Source: an uncultured delta proteobacterium
GTDB taxonomy: Bacteria > Desulfobacterota > Desulfomonilia > UBA1062
NCBI GenBank assembly: GCA_963752595.1
Contig: CAVVYZ010000004.1
Span: 1-16,004 of the forward strand
Length of the DNA: 16,004 bases
Direction of reading: 5' to 3'
In this document: in pieces, positions 9,031-16,004 of the stretch
Layout of the letters: every line of letters begins with the position of its first letter
Position numbering within the stretch: position 1 is the first letter of the stretch
Program-made: the position numbers and the translations under genes
The notes under the pieces: generated by a model
Databases searched by the model: none
What the model was told of the DNA's origin: nothing
What the model saw: only the letters and a program-made list of their open reading frames with translations

Positions 9031-10803
9031 TTACTTTCCGTAAATCTCTCTTACCCTGCTCCTCAGTACCTTGCCCACCGGACTCATGGGAAAGGAATCT
9101 GCAAACACCACGGACTTCGGCCGCTTGTATCCGGTCATCTTGTCCCTGCTCCAGGCTACGATTTCTTTTTCGGTGGCATCACAGCCGGCTTTAAGAACCA
9201 CAACGGCACGCACGGTGTTGCCCCATGTCTCGTCGGGCACGCCGATGACGCACACCCCGTCGATCTTCTCATGGCCCATGAGGATTTCCTCGATTTCGTG
9301 GGGAAAAACCTTCTCCGCCCCTGTAGATATGCATTCTCCCTTACGGTCTACAATGATAAGCTCACCGTCGGCATCGATGTAGCCAAGGTCGCCGGAGTGG
9401 AACCAGCCATCCTTGATCACCTCGGAGGTTTTCTCCGTATCACCGTAATATCCTTTCATGATCGTGCCGCTCTGATAGAATATCTCACCGGTTTCTCCTG
9501 CAGCCGCATCCTCTCCTTTTTCATTTACGATGCGCATTTTTATGCCTGACAGGGGACGCCCCACGGATTTGTTCTTGATCGTGTCGGCTGATGCATCGAT
9601 TCTGATCGTCGTATCAGGCGTCATCTCGGTCTGCCCGAATACGTCCACCACGAGGGAGTTGGGGAACTTTTCCAGGATCTGCTTCTTGCGGTGCGCAGGA
9701 TTTGCCCCGGCGCCGGTCATAGCCACGAGAACCGACGTACGGTCATATCGGTCGATGTCCGGGTAATCCAGGATCATTTTCCACTGGGTCGGCACGAGCA
9801 GGAGTACCATGGGCTTTTCCCGGGCTATGGCCTCCAGCACTTCCTGCGGCTCGAAATGGATGCCTTCACGGAGCATGAAACTGACGATCCCGGACATGGG
9901 CCCAATAATGAGAAGCTGATAATTGGCCATATGGAACAGCGGCATGTTCATGAAAATCGACAGGCCGCCGGTGATCCGGCCGAGGACCGGACCGACTGCT
10001 CTGCCCGTTGTCTGAGAGAGCAGGGACGGCAGGGCTTGAGACATGAACGATCGGATTTTCGCAGATCGCATGAGTCTGTTTAAAGGCCGTTCGCATCCCG
10101 GCATATGAACGAGCCCGGCTACTATCCTGCCGAAGTTCACCTTCTCGTCGGATGCGAGCCTGCCTATCAGATCGCCGAAGAGCGACCCTGCGAGGTTCCA
10201 GAAGTTGGAGTAGGTCAGGACCACTCCCTTGGGCAGCCCCGTAGTGCCGCCGGTGTAGCATATAGTGCATACATCTTCCTCTGTAGTGCAGGCAGGAGGC
10301 TCTGTTGCCGGATGCGATGCAATCAGTTCTTCATAGTCGAGCATACCTGCCGGTACCTTGCCCCCATCCCGGGTGAGGCAGATGGTGTGCACGATTTTAT
10401 TGGCATTCCCGATTGCCTTGGACGCCTCTTCAAAGAACAGATCCTCCAGGACAAGGACCGTCGAGTCGGAATGAGTGAGCTGGTATTCGATCTCCCGTGT
10501 AACGAACCTGAAATTGATGGGTATGGGCACTGCTCCGAGCTTCTGGAGTGCATAGTTGGCCTCGATGAATTCCGGACAGTCGTGAAACAGGATGGAAACA
10601 TGGTCTCCCTTCTTCACGCCAAGAGCTTTAAGGGCATTGGCGAGTCTGTTCACCCTGGTGTTGAGATCTCTCCAGGTAATGTGAGCCTCCCCGCAGGTTA
10701 TGGCGATGCCCCCGGGGTTGAACCGGGACATACCGGCAAGGAGTTCGCCAAAACTTTTCCGACCGGATTGATTCTGAGTACTGCGATTCTTTACCAATGG
10801 CAT
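9031..10803 (-). CDS. Acyl-CoA synthetase / AMP-forming acid-CoA ligase (class I adenylate-forming, FadD-like)
   Basis: YTGGTTGLPKG (A3), MPLFH (A4), FGQTE (A5), GYY, GWFHSGDLG (A7), DRKGECISTGAEKVFPHEIE (A8) and PMSPVGKV (A10). ATG 10803 follows GAGAGG. Intact. Confidence 0.93.
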   Translation of the reverse strand: MPLVKNRSTQNQSGRKSFGELLAGMSRFNPGGIAITCGEAHITWRDLNTRVNRLANALKALGVKKGDHVSILFHDCPEFIEANYALQKLGAVPIPINFRFVTREIEYQLTHSDSTVLVLEDLFFEEASKAIGNANKIVHTICLTRDGGKVPAGMLDYEELIASHPATEPPACTTEEDVCTICYTGGTTGLPKGVVLTYSNFWNLAGSLFGDLIGRLASDEKVNFGRIVAGLVHMPGCERPLNRLMRSAKIRSFMSQALPSLLSQTTGRAVGPVLGRITGGLSIFMNMPLFHMANYQLLIIGPMSGIVSFMLREGIHFEPQEVLEAIAREKPMVLLLVPTQWKMILDYPDIDRYDRTSVLVAMTGAGANPAHRKKQILEKFPNSLVVDVFGQTEMTPDTTIRIDASADTIKNKSVGRPLSGIKMRIVNEKGEDAAAGETGEIFYQSGTIMKGYYGDTEKTSEVIKDGWFHSGDLGYIDADGELIIVDRKGECISTGAEKVFPHEIEEILMGHEKIDGVCVIGVPDETWGNTVRAVVVLKAGCDATEKEIVAWSRDKMTGYKRPKSVVFADSFPMSPVGKVLRSRVREIYGK

Positions 10804-10875
10804 ACCGGAACCTCTCATATATTATCAAATTAAATTACCGGGAGTTGCACCCGGCATCTATTGTCTTACCATATG

Positions 10876-10904
10876 ACAATACAATATTCCCTGCATGAGT
10901 TCAA
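10876..10904 (-). promoter_or_regulatory. Candidate sigma-70 promoter for the acyl-CoA ligase
   Basis: Minus strand TTGAAC (10904-10899), 17 bp spacer, TATTGT (10881-10876). Each hexamer is only a 4/6 match. Confidence 0.4.
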
Positions 10905-10989
10905 TGATAATTAGGGGTTAGGTACAAAATAAGGTTATCATGGAGAAGGTCCGGGGTTACTCTGCATCTCCTCCAAAAGCCGGGCCGGC

Positions 10990-11928
10990 TCATGGCAAGA
11001 CCGGGTCATCTGATCCTGATCGTTTCAGGGGGAGATGCGTTGCCAGAGTACTGAAAAGCAGCGGATATACAGCCCCGGCCCAGAGAATGACGAGAAAATA
11101 TCGCACCGTATACGCTGCCGGATGATCTTGCAGCAGGGTGGCGATAGGTGCTTTCAGCAGGATGAGGAGGGCAACGGTACTGCCCAAGCCGAAAGCGTAT
11201 TTGACTGCCTGCCACCACCAGGGCCCCCGGATGTCATACCTGATGTAACGCTCATCCAGCAGCCAGACCAGGATCATTGCCGACATCGCACCACCCGCCT
11301 TGGAAGCATTTTCCAGGTATCTCACGGACACATTATCACCTGATGTGAGGAACCATGCATGCAGGAGCATGAACGCGGCAACCCCCAGCCCGAACATCCG
11401 GGAAGCGGGCTTGACCCACGGGTGGACCTGCATCGATTCGAACAGCCAGGCTGTCAGCAGAACCACCACCAGCCCGACTGCCAGCGATGCTGCGACATCC
11501 GCCGGAGTATGCACGCCGAGATACATGCGGGAAAAGCCTACCAGCAGCACCGCTGTGATACCCATGACAGTTACCCATATTTTGCGGGAAGCAACAGCAA
11601 GCGAGCCGAAGAGACCGGCTGCGGATTGCGTATGCCCGCTCGGGAACGAGTACCCGGCGGCCTTTTCAACAGCACGTCCCACAGGATTGATGGCAGGGTT
11701 GATCACCCATGGCCGCGGGATGCAGAAAATGTTCTTCAGGATCTGGTTGGTACAGGCTCCCAGCATGAAGGTGTAAAACATGAAGTAGCCTACCTTCTTG
11801 TTCAGGCACCAGAGAAAAAGCAGCACAATCGCAGTGAAGAAGGTTTCATCGCCCAAGAGCGTTATCGCCAGGAAGATGTTGTCCAGAAAAGGGGTCCTGA
11901 TTTCTTTGAGCATCAGCAGAAAATTCAT
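10990..11928 (-). CDS. PAP2-family membrane phosphatase
   Basis: C1 KNIFCIPRP, C2 FPSGH and C3 SRMYLGVHTPADV, plus multiple TM helices. ATG 11928 follows GGGGGAA and is preferred over 12006. Confidence 0.9.
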   Translation of the reverse strand: MNFLLMLKEIRTPFLDNIFLAITLLGDETFFTAIVLLFLWCLNKKVGYFMFYTFMLGACTNQILKNIFCIPRPWVINPAINPVGRAVEKAAGYSFPSGHTQSAAGLFGSLAVASRKIWVTVMGITAVLLVGFSRMYLGVHTPADVAASLAVGLVVVLLTAWLFESMQVHPWVKPASRMFGLGVAAFMLLHAWFLTSGDNVSVRYLENASKAGGAMSAMILVWLLDERYIRYDIRGPWWWQAVKYAFGLGSTVALLILLKAPIATLLQDHPAAYTVRYFLVILWAGAVYPLLFSTLATHLPLKRSGSDDPVLP

Positions 11929-12180
11929 AAAAGTGTATTCCCCCCGTTCAATCGGCTTGATTCTTTTTACCGGATGCAAGATTTCGCCATTTGTCGAAGA
12001 CGGCAACTCCTTCAGATTGATTGAAGCTTAAGCCAGGATTTGCAGGAAATATCAAGAACAATGGTTTCCCGAAGGCGATAGAAAGGACGATTGATATTCA
12101 GAGGACTTTACAATCGGATAAGAAATCCCACCAATTAGTTAATAGGAGGTAAACTTTCACAATGATAAAAGAAATAGTAT

Positions 12181-13907
12181 ATGGCTTCGCCTGCAGTAAC
12201 TATCCGTGAGCTATCGAAAGTCTATGTGGTAAGCGAGCGTGAAGCCGGCGTGGCGGCTTCTTTCAAGAGCCCCGTTCACCGGCATATGAAGAAAATCCCG
12301 GCAGTGGACGGCATCACGTTCGACCTGGCCTCCGGTGAGATCGTGGGTTTCCTGGGCCCGAACGGCGCGGGCAAGACCACCACGCTCAAGATGCTCTCGG
12401 GGCTGCTGCATCCGACGGCAGGCGAAGTGGCCGTGCTCGGCTTTGTTCCGTGGAAGCGCGACAGGGAATACTTACGACGGATCACCCTGGTCATGGGGCA
12501 GCGCAACCAGCTGATCTGGGATATCCCGCCCCAGGAAACATTCGAGCTGAACAGGGCCATATACAGCATCCCCATTGAAGACTATCGCCGGATGCTTACC
12601 GAGCTGACCGATCTCCTCGACCTGGGGCCGCTCTTGCGGAAACCGGTGCGCAATCTGTCCCTGGGCGAACGGATGAAGTGCGAGATCGCAGCAGCCCTCC
12701 TGCACCGGCCGCGCGTGGTATTCCTCGACGAGCCCACCATAGGGCTCGACGTGACCATGCAGCGGCGTATCCGCACCTTCATTGCCGAGTACAATCCCTT
12801 CCGGCATGTGGTATTCGGTGTTATTCAGGATGTCACCGAGCACAAACGGGCTGAAGAAAATCTGCGCAGAAGCGAGGAAAGATACCGGGTCATCCTCGGT
12901 AACATGGAGGAAGCATACTACGAACTGGACATCCACGGAAACATGACGTTCTTCAGCGCCATTACCCTGAAGGCCCTCGGCTATGCCAATGAAGAGATGC
13001 AGGGCATGAACTTCAGCCAGTATGTGGATCCCGGGTGCAAGCAGTACGTGATCGATGTATTCAGCAAGATCTTCCTGACCGGTGAAACAATCAAGGGTTT
13101 CGAATGGCTGATCGTCGGGAAAGATGGGAGGAGAATACCCGTAGAGACGTCCGCATCCCTCGTGCGGGACTCGGACGGCAATCCGGTAGGGTTCAGGGGC
13201 GTAACGCGTGATGTCTCACCTGGCTGAAGGAAGCCGAAGAGGCCCTGCACCGGAGCGAAGAGCGATACCGCACGATCTTCGAGAATACGGGCACAGCCAC
13301 CGTGCTCAGCGCAGAGGATACGACCATCCTGCTCGCCAATTCCAATTTCGAGGAACTCACCGGGTATACCAAAGAGGACATGGAAGGCCATATGAGCTGG
13401 ACATCCTTTATCAGCGATACCGATCTGGAACGCATGAAGAAATACCATATGCAGCGCAGGCATGAAGGCGGGGCCGCACCGGAATCCTATGAAGCCAAGT
13501 GCAAGAACCGCAGCGGGGAGTTCAGAGACATGTTTCTCACCGTGGCCATGATACCCGGCACCAAAGAAAGCGTAATTTCCTGCCTTGATATGACCGATCA
13601 TAAGTCTGCTGAGGAAGAAATGAGGAAGAGGGAGAAACTTCAGGGCATGCTCGAGATGGCGGGTGCCGTTTGCCACGAATTGAGTCAGCCTCTCCAGGTA
13701 TTGATGTCTTCCATTGATCTTCTCGCGACGGATGCACACGCGGACGAGCTTGACAATGAGCTGCCGGAGTAGGTCCAGACAGGAATCGAACGGATCGGTA
13801 CACTTACGCATAAGATCATGAAGATCACTGAATACGAGGTTAAAGACTATATGGGAGGGAAGAGCAAGATCATCGATATCGATCGCTCTTCCTCCGTGGA
13901 TTTGTGA
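12181..13907 (+). CDS. Chimeric gene: truncated ABC ATPase + PAC tail + PAS + PAS + HisKA-like domain without HATPase; frameshift at ~13216 and in-frame TAG at 13770-13772
   Basis: aa 1-205 carry Walker A GPNGAGKT, Q-loop MGQ, signature LSLGE and Walker B/D-loop VVFLDEPTIGLD. From ~12796 the same frame reads FGVIQDVTEHKRAEENLRRSEERYR and then a PAS (…VETSASLVRDSDGNPVGFRGVTRDV). After the shift come EALHRSEERYRTIFENTG (second PAS), the H-box AGAVCHELSQPLQ, TAG, and then VQTGIERIGTLTHKIMKITEYEVKDY…KIIDIDRSSSVDL-TGA. Confidence 0.75.
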
Positions 13908-13929
13908 CATTGTCGAAGGAGGTAGGTGT

Positions 13930-14316
13930 ATGGATGAGAATAGAATTCTGGTAGTGGATGATCAGCCGGTCATCAGGGAAATGTTCAAACGGTCGTTCGA
14001 GCGTGCAGGTTATGCGGTCGTGACGGCCCAGAGTGCGGAAGAGGCCCTTGAGATCCTTCCGAAATCGCCCTGCAATGTACTCTTCCTGGATCTCGACCTG
14101 CCGGGAATGGACGGGATCGAGCTTTGCCGGAGGATCAGAAAGGAATGGCCTATGGCTATCCCGTATGCCGTGACAGGCTATACGACCCTCTACCAGCTCA
14201 TGGAATGCAGAGAGGCCGGCTTTGAAGACTATTTTCCCAAACCGGCGAAGATGGCAGACCTGAAAAAGGCCGCAGAACATGCTTTTGAAAAGCTCGAACG
14301 CTGGAAGCAAAGATAA
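13930..14316 (+). CDS. Single-domain response regulator (CheY-like receiver)
   Basis: ILVVDDQ, LFLDLDLPGMDG, AVTG and FPKP. AGGAGG RBS. Starts 22 bp after the HisKA gene stop. Confidence 0.92.
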   Translation: MDENRILVVDDQPVIREMFKRSFERAGYAVVTAQSAEEALEILPKSPCNVLFLDLDLPGMDGIELCRRIRKEWPMAIPYAVTGYTTLYQLMECREAGFEDYFPKPAKMADLKKAAEHAFEKLERWKQR

Positions 14317-14439
14317 GATTCGATCATCTGTTTATGGCCTTTCATCGGCTTCATCACGTTCAGAGATTCCTCAAGAATATTTTCAAAACACCGAAATATT
14401 ACGTATGCACAAACACGAGGACTATACAGGCCAAGAATT

Positions 14440-14820
14440 ATGAAATGGAACATCCTGATCGTAGATGATTCAAATGTAGTCAAGGCTGTCCTGATCAAAT
14501 CTTTGACAGAAAGCGGGGCACCCATCAACAAGATATTCGATGCTTCGAACGGCAAGGATGCCCTCACCATCCTCAAATCATCAAAGATCGACATCCTGTT
14601 CGCCGACATCAATATGCCGGTGATGAACGGAATAGAACTTGTGGAAAACATCTCACAAGATCCGGATCTCAGAGGGATCCCGATCATCATCATCTCCACG
14701 GACGGCAGCACGAACCGCATGGATTATCTCAAAGAAAACGGCGTCAGGGCGTATGTCCGCAAGCCTTTTACCCCTGAGCAGATCCGTACCGTAGTGAAAG
14801 AGGTTATGCTTGGAAGATGA
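14440..14820 (+). CDS. Single-domain response regulator, CheY-like
   Basis: ILIVDDS, ASNGKDAL, FADINMPVMNG, IIISTDG and YVRKPFTPE. Overlaps the cheX-like gene. Confidence 0.92.
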   Translation: MKWNILIVDDSNVVKAVLIKSLTESGAPINKIFDASNGKDALTILKSSKIDILFADINMPVMNGIELVENISQDPDLRGIPIIIISTDGSTNRMDYLKENGVRAYVRKPFTPEQIRTVVKEVMLGR

Positions 14821-15289
14821 AAGAAACCTCTCCAGACAGGCCATGGAACAGGCCGTCATCTCGGTCGTTGCGGCAATGACGGGAATGTCTGCCGAGGTAA
14901 TCGAGGCCCGGGATATTCCTCCTTTTGAAATCCCGCTGATCAATGCCCGCATAGCATACAGCGGACCCTATTCCGGCGATCTGGGGCTTATGATCGAGCA
15001 GCCCCTTGCTGAGTTGATCGGAATGCACATGCTCGGGTTCGGACCGGGCGAACACCTCATCCAGGACATGATCGATGATGCGGTAAAGGAATTGCTCAAT
15101 GTGGTCTGCGGCCGGTTCCTCACGTTGATGTTCGGAAGCAAGCCGGTTTTTTCATTGAATATCCCCCAGGCCTTTCCCCTTGGCGCCCAGGTGTGCAATG
15201 CCCTCGTCCAAAACTCGCCACTCCTTGCTTTCCGGGTCGAAGGGTATACCATCATCGGCAATGTTCGAATGAAGAAAAGCGGGGAATAG
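14810..15289 (+). CDS. cheX: CheX-like CheY-P phosphatase
   Basis: ARIAYSGPYSGDLGL and DDAVKELLNVVCG (ExxN catalytic motif), FSLNIP, ~155 aa. TTG start follows AGAGG and overlaps the CheY-like gene by 11 bp. Confidence 0.82.
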   Translation: MEDERNLSRQAMEQAVISVVAAMTGMSAEVIEARDIPPFEIPLINARIAYSGPYSGDLGLMIEQPLAELIGMHMLGFGPGEHLIQDMIDDAVKELLNVVCGRFLTLMFGSKPVFSLNIPQAFPLGAQVCNALVQNSPLLAFRVEGYTIIGNVRMKKSGE

Positions 15290-15831
15290 GGCTTTTTAGG
15301 ACAAGTATCAATCTCAGATATACCTTTCATATTCCTTATTTTCAGCTTGAGGGAAATTCCCCGTTACAATTATGATGAACATGGGACAAATAAAGCAAAG
15401 GATTTTACCTGTGATTCCACACCCCCCGACCTTACAATCGTTCATAATCGAGACATCTCCGCAAGATACCTGTCTATCTGCTACATTGCCTGATACATCG
15501 ATACCGATCAGCACATGATAACACCAAATTGCTTTGCCGCAGGCGTCACTCCATCCGAATGTTCTCTCGAAGCTTCCGGATAGGAGAAATTAATTTTATC
15601 CCTACATATGGATTCTTTATGAGATATAACTAATTGTTTTATCATTCCATATATGGAATCCGCAGCTCTCCCGACTCCTTCGCGATGCACAATATCCGGG
15701 AAAAACTGGTACACTCATTGCTGTTCCATACACAGGATCAGGTTGGAGCAGGGCCGGGAAACTCATTGTTATCCATGAAAACAAAATACCTTTGGCTTGC
15801 TGTAAGGTACAAGAAAGAGGGTGCTGAGCAG

Positions 15832-16004
15832 ATGATAATCTTTACCGATTTGGACGGGAGCTTATTGAACCATTCCGATTATTCGTATTACGAAGCGCAG
15901 CCTGCCCTGAAAAGGTTACGGGTCGGCAATATCCCACTGATAATGTGCACCAGCAAAACCCGTAATGAGGTTGAGATTCTTCATGAAAAGATGAGCCTCA
16001 AGGA
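15832..16004 (+). CDS. Mannosyl-3-phosphoglycerate phosphatase-like HAD-IIB hydrolase (MpgP/YedP family), 5' end only
   Basis: MIIFTDLDGSLLNHSDYSYYEAQPALKRLRVGNIPLIMCTSKTRNEV contains HAD motif I DLDG and motif II CTSKT. GAGGG lies upstream. An alternative in-frame ATG is at 15775. Runs off the window. Confidence 0.85.
   Translation, partial: MIIFTDLDGSLLNHSDYSYYEAQPALKRLRVGNIPLIMCTSKTRNEVEILHEKMSLK

Noticed and set aside
12850-13275. Repeated GAAGA…CGxAGCGAxGAxxGATACCG sequence at ~12853-12888 and ~13236-13270
   Set aside because: It encodes the ordinary coiled-coil linker EExLxRSEERYR before each PAS domain and is not an independent DNA repeat or CRISPR.
15290-15714. Short ORFs after cheX (15314..15514 and 15508..15714 on minus; open frame past the cheX TAG)
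   Set aside because: There is no RBS, motif or host-like codon bias, and CheX is already full length at its TAG. I treat the region as intergenic.

Overview
Bacterial chromosomal window, probably from an anaerobic deltaproteobacterium (Desulfobacterota/Syntrophales-like; inferred from gene content and protein style only). Left to right it holds: the end of a hypothetical gene, a stand-alone receiver, a 2-oxoacid:ferredoxin oxidoreductase alpha/beta pair, a class I SAM methyltransferase, a cysteine synthase-family enzyme and a YvlD-like 4-TMS protein. On the minus strand follow a decayed alpha/beta-hydrolase remnant, an acyl-CoA dehydrogenase, a small membrane protein, an acyl-CoA ligase with a ~60-aa insertion and a PAP2 phosphatase. 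The right part is a signalling cluster followed by the 5' end of a mannosyl-3-phosphoglycerate phosphatase-like gene. The cluster is a chimeric gene joining a truncated ABC ATPase in frame to PAS-PAS-HisKA with no HATPase domain, then two single-domain receivers and a CheX-like phosphatase. Five genes carry 1-2 bp indels, which suggests unpolished long-read errors, so the two most striking signals (the ABC-PAS fusion and an in-frame TAG) need read-level confirmation. I found no rRNA, tRNA, CRISPR array or mobile element.
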